This document shows positions 25,510 to 36,260 of a stretch of 64,000 bases of DNA, in pieces; position 1 is the first letter of the stretch, and every line of letters starts with the position of its first letter. Origin of the DNA: Blasia pusilla (Eukaryota); assembly GCA_050084515.1 (NCBI GenBank), contig CM114271.1, forward strand, positions 28,768,001-28,832,000, given 5' to 3'. The translations under genes and the position numbers were made by a program. The notes under the pieces were generated by a model. That model was not told where the DNA came from and ran no database searches. It saw nothing but the letters and a program-made list of their open reading frames with translations.

Positions 25510-26460
25510 AGTATCCGCGGAGGGCATTTGTGTGTTAGATCTCTTTGGTGGGATTAGCACTGGTTTGGCGGCGATGTTGCAGGCGGTATTCGTGTGCGGA
25601 GATACGTGTATGTGGAGCGAGATGAGACGGCCGAGAGAGTCTCATCGACATATTGGTCGATTGATGCGGAGATATCTGAGTTGTTGCCGCCATCGGCTAT
25701 TCGTGGGTACCGGCGTGCTTTACCATCACACATTGCATTGTTGAGGCGCGCAGGACCTTGAGAGGTTGGTCCTGTGGATTTGGTGATTCTTTGGATGGCC
25801 ATGTCGAGGGGTCATACACGTGTTGCTCGTGGTGAGGGATTACATGACCCTAGGTCTCGATTGTTTTGGGAGATGTTACGGGTGTTACGACATCTTGAGT
25901 TCATCGAGCACGTTACTAGCTTACATTCTGGAGAATGTTCCATTGTTAGGTGACACTCGAACCGGATGATGGCGAGTGTTCATGAGGTGCGGTCTTGATT
26001 GACCAGCGGTGTTGTTGGATGCAACGCGAGTTGGCTCAGCGTGCACATCGTCCACGCTTGTGGTGGACAAACTTGTTGCCTAGGAGGTTCTCGTCAAGCA
26101 TATGATGCGGTCTGGCGGGATCCTCGCTTACAATGGATAGTATCTTGAATCTTGGCGACTTTCTCAAGTGGTGAGGGTTATTGATCGGTCACCCATGGCG
26201 GTGGTGAACCGTGTGGGCGACCTAGGATGGCACTACCCACATTTGTGAGTTTTCCGCGTCACATGCCTACGAGGAAGGTGGTCCGGGGGCTTGTATGGGA
26301 TTCTCATGTGCGGCAGTTGGTGGAGCCTAACGCTGATGAGAGAGAGCGTGCGATGGGATTTACTCTTGGCGTGGCGGTTGCTTCTATTTACGAGGCTTCA
26401 CGACGTCATGTGTTGGGTCGGCCATGGACTGGGAATTGTTTGACTTGGATTTTGAGTCTT
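25510..26460 (+). pseudogene. DNMT3-like C5-cytosine methyltransferase domain within pol
   Basis: Motif I VLDLFGGISTG; IV VDLVI..WPC.G (about 25775-25810); VI YILENVP (about 25922); VIII AHRPRLWWTNL (about 26043); IX ERERAMGF; X RRHVLG..MD. Confidence 0.85.
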
Positions 26461-29400
26461 GGTATGGCCCAAGCGTCGACTTTGGACTATGTCGTGGGTC
26501 TTCCACCCCTTGTAATGAGCTCGATGGCTAGGGGACGGTAGAGGCATCGGTGGGGCAAGGAGAGTAGTATTTTGCATCCTTGGAGTAAATGGGATGTAAT
26601 GGATGGGCATGTGGAGTTGGTTGCTCATGCTGGTGGAGGAGTTATTTGCTCAGATGATGGTGTAGCTAAGGGTGTATCATCTTGTGAGGGGATTGCGTAG
26701 CAGCCAATGGCATCGTCCTCTCCCTCTAGTGTGCCAATGGAGGAGACTTGGGAGCCATTACTTGGGCCCAAGCTTACGGGGGAGGTGAGAAACGACGCTG
26801 CCACGGTTCCTACGTGCTTATAGGAGTTGTTTTGCCTTTAGCATGAAAGAGTTGGGTTCTCTGGTTGGACCCGGTATACGGATTGATTTGGCTAGTGATA
26901 CGCCAATCTTCCGTCGTCCCTACCGATGTAGTGATATGGAGAGGACTTGATTGAGTAGGGCGTTGGATCTTTTGGAGGTGGATTAATGGAGTTGTTGCAT
27001 GGAGAGTATGCATCGCCCTTTGTCATGCTGCTAAAAAGGATATGCATGGCAACTACACGGATAGGCGGATGTGTGGAGATTACCGTCCTATCAATCGGCA
27101 AACCAAGGCGATAGGTATGCCATGCCTACACCGAGGAGATCTTTGATGTGGTGGGCGGCAAAGATTTTCAGTACTTTGGATCTTGGCGAATACCATCAAT
27201 TGCCGATTCGGAGAGTGACAAGGCCAAGACAACATTTTGGGGTGTCAACTCTCATGGCAAGGATTGTTTGTACCGGTGGAAATTCTTACCCTTTGGGTTG
27301 AAGAATGCACTGCCGAGTTTCAAAGAGTGATGGACGGGATCCTAGCGGGGTTGGATTTTGTTCGGTGTTACATTGATGATATCTTGGTGTTGAGAACACG
27401 GTGGAGGAGCATCGATACATTTGCAGATGGTGTTTGAGCGGTTGAAAGCTCATGGTCTACGTTGCATCCAGGAAAGTGTAAGTTCTTCCATGAGGATGTT
27501 GAGTACTTGGGTCATGTGATCTATCCGGTGGTTTGGGAGTTCAGCAAGCAAAGGTGGAGGCTATTGCACTTATTCGCGTCGATAGATGTGAGTAGAGTTC
27601 GAGCATTCATGGGATTGGCGAACTACTATCGGAGGTATGTGAAGGGATTTAGTGCTATGGCAAAGCCTTTGAACCAATTGCTGAAATCAGATCAAGAGTG
27701 GCACTGGGGAGATGATTAGGAGAGAGCTTTTTGGAGCTTAAGGCCAGTTGGTGGCGGCGCCTATCTTGAGGAGACCTATCGAGGGCGCCCATTTCGATTT
27801 AACCGATTGGAGTAGGTTGGGACTTGGAGCGGTGTTGACACAACATGATGATGAGCACATGGAGTTTGTGGTGGCCTATGCAAGTCGTTCGAATAATGCA
27901 AATGAGTCGCGCTATAGTTCATATGAGGGAGAGTGCTTGGCAAGAGTGTGGGTTGTGGCACACTTTAGGTGTTACTTGTTTGGCACACAATTTACCCTTG
28001 TTCATGATCACCGGCCCGCTCAAGTGGTTGATGGAGTCGGACAAGCTTACTGGGGAAGCTTGCACGGTGGGCTCTTATCTTACAGAGTATGACTTCCAGG
28101 TGGTACATAGACCTGGAGTTGCCAACCTTGATGCTGATGGGTTGAGTAGGAACTCATGTACTAGCCAAGAGGATACAACTAGGGCTAGATGGCATGGCGA
28201 GGTTGATGAGGAGATGGTGCCAGGTTGGCATGCATCCGCCTTTTTATGTTGGTTAGGGGTGGACTCTAGTATGGAGGACCACATGATATCTTATTCTAGT
28301 CGAGGGTAGATGGCACCTTCTCAGATCCTAAGGTTGGAGATGGTGGTACGGATCAGCTTGATATTCATGATGATGCGTTGGTGTTGGAGTTCCTACAGAC
28401 CAGTAGGGTGCTAGGCATAGTGAGTGCCAAGGAGCGAGACCGTGTTCTTCAACGTGCTAAGAGGTATCGATTGGAGGAAACACATATTCTCCGCGTGTGG
28501 GAGGATGGTAGAGTACGAGTAGTGCCACATTTGGCTCAGAGAGAGCGCATTGTGCGACATGCCCATGAGGAGTTGGGACATTTTGGGGTAAAGCGTACTT
28601 ATAGCTTACTCCTTGGTGAGTATTGGTGGCGTGGCATGCATACTCAGGTGCAGCAGTTGGTGTCACGTTGTATGGTTTGTGACCGGGTGAGGGCATCATT
28701 TAATGCCCCTACACCACAATTACACCCCTTGCCTATTATGGGGTTGGGTTACCGTTGGAGTGTGGACTTTGCGGGACGTTATCGTTGATTCATACAACAT
28801 CATCGATATGTGTTGGTGATGGTGGAGCACTTTTCCAAGTGGATTGAGTTGGTGGCATTACGGACAAGGCAAGTGAGGGAATGGCGTATCGTTTCGGATA
28901 GAGTGCTTAGTCATTTTGGTGCACCAGTGAAGTCTTGACCGACCAGGGTATAGAGTTTGAGGTGAGTTTGGTCTTGTGTGACAAGGCGTTGATTGATCAT
29001 CGGACCACGTCTCGAGATCATCCAGGCGGATGGTTTGGCTGGCGTGTGGTTGAGGCGGTGAAGAGGGCATTGCGCAAGTATGGCCTCTGAAGGGCATCTT
29101 GAGACAGGATATTCGGTTGCCATGGTTAGCCATGGGGTATAGGTTCGATCGCCAAGCATCCTTGGCTTCCTTCTCACCTTATTTTTCATTATACGGCCGA
29201 GATCCGGACTTGCCGGCAAGCAAAGCAATTGTCGGGAGTCTAGTGAGGTGGTGAACCTTGATGACCCAGAGATGTGGATGAGGGTGTGTTCTCGGCGGGC
29301 GGAGCTCTTTCGGAGAGTTATGCCATGACCTTTGAGAATCTTGCCATTGCTCAACATAGGGATACGTTGCGGTATGCAACCATTCGGGTGGAGGTTATCG

Positions 29401-29646
29401 ACCATCGATTCAGTAGGTTCCATGTGGGGGACTATGTCTATTTTAGCAGATTGCCCGACAACGTTGGATGTGGCCAGCCGCACTATTTTACGAAAGTGCG
29501 TGAGGTGTTAGCTTCTAGAGTTCTCATGTTGGAGGGTCGTGATGGAGTTGTTTGGAAGGACCATGTGCGTAATTGTGCGCCATGTCATCTTCCAAATGTG
29601 GATGGTCTTATTGACCCAAGCTTAGCCATGATACGTGCTAGCTTGA

Positions 29647-29781
29647 GGTGCATGTTGTGTGGGTGCTTGTAATGGTATGTTGGTGTGTGATCGGTGTTCT
29701 AGGGGTTGGCACATGATGTGTTTGACTCACGTTTGGATGTTGTTCCTCTTTGGAAGGTGGGTTTGTCCTCGATGTACTTAG
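29647..29781 (+). pseudogene. PHD finger at the integrase C-terminus
   Basis: CMLCG...MLVCDRCSRGWHMMCL...WVCPRC* (C4HC3) across frameshifts. Confidence 0.8.
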
Positions 29782-32700
29782 AGAGGTAGATGACTTGATC
29801 TTTGCATGATATGGATTACAGAGATGTGCGACTAACGATGGCGCAACCTAGCACCCGGGATTCGGGCACCCAAGAAGGTGTATAGCATGTAGTAGATGTA
29901 TAGGGCTACTTGGGGGAGTTAGAGGACCTAACCTTGATTAGGGGGGGTTGTGGTACACTTGCGTTTGTGGATACTCGTCTATGTTATGTATGTATGTGCG
30001 TATGGTATGTCGGCGATGTATGTTGTATGGCGATGAGGATTCGTGACGACAAGCTTGTCATGACCATACGGATTATGTCGTAGAGTATGGTGTCTTTGGT
30101 AGAGGCCATTCCTTGTGTAGGACCGTAGTGGCTTGGTAGAGATGTGGTTCCATACATAGGGTTGGGGTTACTCACTTGGGGTGACTTTCCTAGTAGGGCC
30201 CGCTCTTAGGTTGAGGATATAAGGTGGCTTGCCCTCAAAGAAACGATCAGTTCTTTGAGTTTAGCCTGCTATGCGTTGGGAGTTAGCCTTGGTAGTGAGT
30301 AGAGCTCTTGGCTATGGTGTTTCCCGCAAGCTTCGACCTGGATTCTCCCATCGTGGAGTGGGTTTGGCTCGTTTGTATGTGATTGTAAACGTGTTTTATG
30401 ATAGTAAGTCTTTCACGGATTTCAGTTGTGGTACACTTGCGTTTGTGGATACTCTCGTCTATGTTATGTATGTATGTGCATATGGTATGTCAGTGATGTA
30501 TGTTGTATGACGATGTGGATTCGCATGACAGGGCAACTCTAGACTTGAGGAAAACCGAGTTATTCCTTGAGGCGGCAGATGAGAATTTGGAGGACAAGCT
30601 TTTCATAATGTTGGCGGACAAGAATGAAGAAGGAGATGTCAGCACTAATTGGAAGAAAGTGGAAGAAGTTGTTGCTATCCTCACAAAGCAAAGTCGAAGT
30701 AGAGGTAGAACCACAATATTTAAGTCGGAGGTACCAATTTCAAATCCATTGCCTAAGCCCATGCCAGCAAAGCTTGAAGATTCTACCATTGATGAGTTGG
30801 TGAAAGGTTTGAGAGAGTTGAGAGTAGAAATGGCTGAGCTTAAACTTGATAGGAATCCTAGTGTTGGTGCTCCTTCAATAAGTAAGAACTTTGTGAGAAG
30901 ATGTATATGGTGTGATAGTGTTGAGCATCAACGTCGAGAATATGAGGAATTTTCAGAAGCTCTTAGAAATGGAATAGTAAACTTCAAAGATGGGAAGATT
31001 CATTCAACGCAGACTGGTATGCCGTTGAATACCAACTTTGGTAGAGGAGGTATGAAAGGCTTAGTGAGAAGTCAAGTAGGAGTTGCCACTACGACATTAG
31101 ATTCTTATACCTTTTCAGTAAAAATAGAAGCGCCTATTGTATCTGTAGCTAAAAGTGAATCATTACAATTTCCTCGAGAAGTGATGATACAAGGGGCAGA
31201 GACTATCCGTCATCTGACTGGATGGGATGATCCAGTGGAAGTTGGGTGTGTTAAAGCATACCTAGCACAAGAGAAACATGTGAGTTGGCAAGATGCTAGT
31301 GTGGAGGAGAAGAGGAGACGCGACAATGATGGTGCTGATTTTGAGGAAGATGCAAGAAGAGCGAGGACTGTAAGAAGGAAAGGGCAACCAGAGGCGCAAC
31401 CGTCAAGAGAAGAAGGGCCTTCTACATCTGAATTTATGATGGATTCTCAAATGAAAGAAGGTGGAATGAAGGAGAACGAATTGAGGTCTCCTCAGAAGAC
31501 CAAGGGTAAGACTCCTACATACAAGTTTGCGATCGATATCGAGACAAGCACCTAATTTAAAGGAGATTCTTGAGGAGAGGATTTTGGATGCGAAAATAGA
31601 GTTTTCTTTGAGGGAAGTCTTGGGCATAGCCAAACGTGACTTTCATGAGTTGATCATAGATGTGATCAAAAGGAAGAGGCAGATGACTACAGATATGGTG
31701 ATGGTGAGAGCTTTGGATACTGACATCACAGAAGAAGAAGATGAAGAGCTTTGCCAAGTGTTTGGACAAAACCTTGACTTACGCGGAAAAGAGGCGAGAG
31801 TAGGAGAAGCCTTGAGAGAACAAGGTGAAGACAGGCATAATGGTGGACACTATTCTCGATCATATTGGGCGCGTGCAACGACGGAGGCTAGAGTTCGACT
31901 TGGCTCTCTTTAAGAATCAGTTTTGGCTCTCGTTGATCATGGTTCAGAGATCAACATCATGTCGCGAAGTGTGTACGACAAAGGGATATGGCCAATTGAT
32001 ACAGGGCATGGATGGGTACTACGAGCGACTAACAACCAAAAAGGTGAACTCTATGGTGCTTGTCCATCCGTCAAAACTCGTATCGGAGATGTGTTGATTG
32101 AGCAAAATTTCTTTGTTCAGAATAGAGCTGCTTATCCTATGATTCTTGGGCAACCTTACATCACAGCATCTAGAATGGAGACCAAAGTCATGGATGATGG
32201 GTCTCATTATGCCCGTATTAGAAGTCAGGATGGAACAAGATCAGTTCAATTCCCTTCTTTGTCATTTGAGTAGGTCATGAAAGGAATAGAGAGAAGTTGA
32301 GAGATGGTCCTATGAAGGTAGAGAAAGAGTTTTCGGATTTTTAGTTAGCATTCCTATAGAGCGGGAATATGGGGGTGCAGAGAAAAGAAAGAGTCTTCCG
32401 CTAGTAGAGGGGGAAGAATCATATATGTTTAGGTGTGGGTTTTCTCAATGTTTTTCTTCGTGGTCTAGTAGATTCCAAATGATGAAAGAAATGAATGAAA
32501 AGAAAAGACGTTTTATGAAAAAAAAAGGAGGGTTTGTTAAAATGTGAGGGTGTTCTATTAGATGAAGAGTTCATTAGTGGGATGTATGAAGAAGAGGGTT
32601 TTGGAGATAGTCTTGAAGAGGTGTTTACCCAGATGAACATCGATTCGCTGGATACAAGTGTGATTACAATTCACTCGCGTGAGTTGCATGAAGAGATATC

Positions 32701-33182
32701 AAGGTTCATGGAAGGAGAAAATGAAAATGAATATATGGAGAAGGAAGCGGATGGGCATGGGTTTGAGTCTGACGAACATCCCATGGAGGCACAAGTGCAC
32801 ACAAAATACAAGACAGTGGCCCGGAAGGTGAAACCAATGGCTACTCAACTACCAGAGGGTTGTGGGAGACAAGTAGAACGTGCATCAATGGAGCCAAGTC
32901 TGCGGGATATCAAGAAGATAGGACATAAGTTCACAGAAGAGATGCTAGATCGTCTGCAAATCGGAGGGGGTGAGTTTCTCACAGAAATTGAAAGAAAATG
33001 CTTTCGGGAGATGTTAAGGAGACATGGTAAGGCTTTCTCTTTTACAACACAAGAAATTGGTTGTGTAGACACGAGTGTGGTGGCACCGATGGTAATTTTC
33101 ACAGTTCCACATGTGCCTTGGGATTTGAAACCCATACCAGTACCATGAGCTATGATTCCCAAGCTGATTGAGTTATTGAGTT

Positions 33183-35578
33183 CCGGAGGAAGCAAACCTG
33201 GAGAGTGCTGAAGATTTTGAACTTTGGCTGGATGACATGCGGGACGAGCCCATAAAAAACCCAAGTTTGAGGACGATGTTCAAGGATTGCATCCTCCCTC
33301 AGTCAGACCTTGATGAAGAAATAGAGGCAGAAAAAAGGGATTTCGCAAAGAAGAAGCGAGATCTTCAAGAGCAGGCGGCCGATGCATCTCGACTAAGAGC
33401 TGCCCAATGCATGGTGTTCAGGAACCTCGTCGATTGTAAGAATGCAGGTACATGGCAAAAAATACCGGCAGCCTGCAAATTGTGGGCTTCTCCACTGATG
33501 GAGAGACATTTTCCATGTACGACATGGGGATGGCTCAAAGCATGTCTGATTGGGAGGTGGAGAATTGCCCGATTTGGCTGGACTTCAACGACCCTGAGGA
33601 CATAACTGAGAAAGATCTACGCCTACTCTATGATGCAGTGGCGGCAGGTAGGGACGATATCCCCAATTTTGTGCAACCTAAAGACTTTTTCGAAGGAGAT
33701 GCGGAGGAGCAAGCCCTCGAGACAGCGGAGTTGGTGTCCAAGGTCATCACTGCCAAGGACAAATCTACAACGGGTCTCAAAGCCAAGGCGAGGGGATAGA
33801 AGAATTTCGAGGCCAAGTCTTCCCAAAAAGAGGTTGAAAATTCAAGGCGAGAGCCGGAATCATCCGGATGAGCGGGGAGAGAGGGTCGGACCAGGTCCTC
33901 CGCAAAAAAAACTCCACCAGAGTCTGAGGTCATAGAGACCCCAACAAGCCAACCGCAGACTCAAGAGAAGCAAAAGCGAGAGGCGCCAGGGTTTTCCCAA
34001 GGAGATGACCAGGATGTGGAATACACTCCATCATCCTTGAGAAGACATAGAGAAACAACGACCTAGACAAGCGTCATCCTTCACTGCACGAATCTTCAGG
34101 ATGAGCCGAAAAGTTTCAGTTCCCAAGCGTCGACATCCGCCATTGAAAAATTGACAACGTTGGGACGGAAACTTCAACAAAACGGCCACGCTCCCTGGAC
34201 GGTCCATGGGGAGATCGAAGAGGTGGCGGTGGATATCCTCGTCGCTGATTTGCCCTCGAGGTTGCGCTTGTGGGACGAGAATCCGTCCGACAGGGTCCCA
34301 GACTGGAATGTCCCTCTTTCTTATGACCGGATCGCGCTTCTGTTTTCCTTTGCAGACGCTTATCTTAGTGACAGGGGCTTTTTCTTAGTTTTGACTGGAG
34401 GGAGCGAGGACGAGCTCTTCAACCTCCAGTGCGTCAAGAGGTCCCTAAAGTGGAGGACGGCGCAATTGTGGATCATCAAGAACGAGTATCCACTCCGATC
34501 CGCGACAAGTCAAATTCGGGTAAGGGCTCTAAATTTGTATCCAAATTGTCTTTCTCCAATGGGTTGCATCTCTGCATACAACCCGTCGGATTGTTTGAGC
34601 TGGGTCTGTTTGCAATCCGTCTGAAAGTGACGGGTTGCAAATTTACCGCAAGTCTCCATTGGGTGAATGCAACCCGTCGGAACCCGACGGGTTGCAAGTG
34701 CTAATGCTTTTGCAATTTTCTAGAATGATGCAACCCGTCTGAAAGTGACGGGTTGCTCTAAACCAGAAACCTGTCGCCTTCCGATAGGTTGCTCATGGAC
34801 AAAAAAATCACAAGACACTTGTAAAACAACCTGTCGGACTCCGACAGGTTGCTCCAATGTTAGGATTATAAAGGAGTTCTTTGGGGACATGTTGCACATT
34901 ATGTCGCCATACTGAGAGTAGACGAGTGGCCAAGTAGCTCTTTGTTGTTGCTGACATTGTTTCCAACGTGCTTCTTTACAGATGGACCACTCCTATGTTT
35001 ACTGCTTTGTTCGGCCCGAGCAAAACTTCCAGGTGTTTAAGATCCTGGATCCTGTGTATCCATGCTCCGATGGGTACAACTTAGATAGTTTATACAATTC
35101 CCCCCTGGGAATTTACATGCAAGACGGTACCCCTTTACTTGGAGGAAGGGAAAAGTCACCAGCCCTGATGCAAACGCTCATCGAGCTCTGCTCAAGGCCG
35201 GGTGACTTAGTGCTCGACTTAGTGGGCCTTTCAGGGGCGAGTATCAGAGGCGCCTGGTAGAGTGGCAGGAACATTCTCTGCCTTGAGGGAAGGCAGCAAC
35301 TGTTTGACCTTTGCAAGGAGGCAAAGGCAGATATTACGACATGCTAGTTGGGGCGTACAACTCTCCTCGGCCGAAAGCTCGGTTCGGACCCACCATTGGT
35401 AGTGACACCATCGTCATTTCCCACGATTCTGAAAATCGGGAGGGCAAGGCCGACAGTAATCTTGGAAGAGCTCTCGGATGATGACGAGTGAGTTCAAAGA
35501 ACTCAAGGACCCAGCTTGACTGCAGCGTTTGGAGTAGGGATTTATTTGATGACGAGGCAAAAGATTTCATAGAATAGA
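33183..35578 (+). pseudogene. Cargo gene copy C, 3' part: beta-class N4C/N6A DNA methyltransferase-like domain (intron 34520-34981)
   Basis: Motifs in beta-class order: VDILVADLPS (IV), LFSFADAYLSDRGFFLV, WIIK; then after a phase-0 GT-AG intron DHSYVYCF and REKSPALMQTLIELCSRPGDLVLDLVGLSGASIRGAW*SGRNILCLE (X-I-II). Confidence 0.75.
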
Positions 35579-35972
35579 TCAAATGTACAGTTCTGAGCTT
35601 CTTTCGGATGTAATAAAGGACAAGATTTTTTTGAACGATGATGATGTTTGTAAAAGTTTGCTGAATATCTTTTTTGGTCTTGTCGAATGTGATCGTCTAT
35701 GTACTCCGAGGACTTCTATTTTGCAACCCGCCGGATTTCCACGGCTTGCAACTTTTCACTTTGTGACCACTGCACCTTTTTAACCACTTCCAAGCAACCT
35801 GTCGGAATCCGACAAATTGGCTATGTGAGTGATCGGACTCTTTCGGACTCTTTAGAGGCATTCTGGCGGGCTTCTTCACTTTGGCACCTTCCCCTAGTAT
35901 CGTCAAACAAGGCGTACGCTTTTTCTCTTCTCTAAGACATGTTGGATTCCTACTACTTGTGGGATTGCCATC

Positions 35973-36260
35973 ATGGTATTTCCAAGGACGGAGCACATAT
36001 TGATACTGGATGGGTGTCACATTGCAGAGCGTAGAAGATATACTGCCGAGGAAGGCGGTGGGACTCAAATCAGGTTACATGGGACCGTTATGGTGTACCT
36101 AGGGGGGGGGCCAAGGCTCTCGAATTCGCCAACATTTTTTATCCCCGTCTACAATCGGCCAGAGGAGCCACTTGTATCCCAGGACACTCCTTTTGTACAG
36201 GAACCTAGGAGAGTTAGGAGTAGATTTGCAGATGACGAGGCTGAAGAAATCATAGACTAG
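35973..36260 (+). CDS. Small ORF of unknown function in the MULE right arm
   Basis: Homologous to 12031-12300; acidic end SRFADDEAEEII resembles the cargo-gene end (FDDEAKDFIE). Confidence 0.35.
   Translation: MVFPRTEHILILDGCHIAERRRYTAEEGGGTQIRLHGTVMVYLGGGPRLSNSPTFFIPVYNRPEEPLVSQDTPFVQEPRRVRSRFADDEAEEIID

Larger units (their letters stand above)
22780..29781 (+). pseudogene. gag-pol polyprotein: Gag (two CCHC knuckles, RGG repeats), protease, C5 DNA methyltransferase, RT, RNase H, integrase, PHD (many frameshifts)
   Basis: CWTCGGDHVRKFC and CDHCGRLGHPRERC; LLDSGA at about 24795; CYIDDIL at about 27366; VVAYASRS..ESRYSSYEGEC; H..LGHFG...CMVC integrase Zn finger at about 28560-28680. Confidence 0.85.
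20839..30530 (+). mobile_element. Ty3/gypsy retrotransposon with DNMT3-like and PHD domains; A...B-A-B terminal repeats; GGGC TSD
   Basis: TSD GGGC at 20835-20838 and 30531-30534. Repeats A1 20839-21202, B1 29949-30051, A2 30056-30424, B2 30427-30530. G-run PPT at 29941-29947. Confidence 0.9.
19004..33182 (+). mobile_element. Ty3/gypsy retrotransposon (outer element), 3'-truncated: LTR, gag, protease, start of RT
   Basis: LTR TGTCGT...ACGACA and PBS. gag runs about 20345-20838 and rejoins in frame at 30535 (ERA|TLDL), with a CIWCDSVEH knuckle. Protease ALVDHGSEINIM at about 31925. RT N-terminus PMVIFTVPHVPW at about 33090. Confidence 0.85.

Noticed and set aside
20839-30530. DIRS/Ngaro tyrosine-recombinase element
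   Set aside because: It has a protease, an HHCC-type integrase, a PPT and a TSD; no recombinase ORF is seen.
33183-35578. Bacterial contamination or restriction-modification system
   Set aside because: Spliceosomal introns, multiple decayed copies, plant TE insertions and no partner nuclease.
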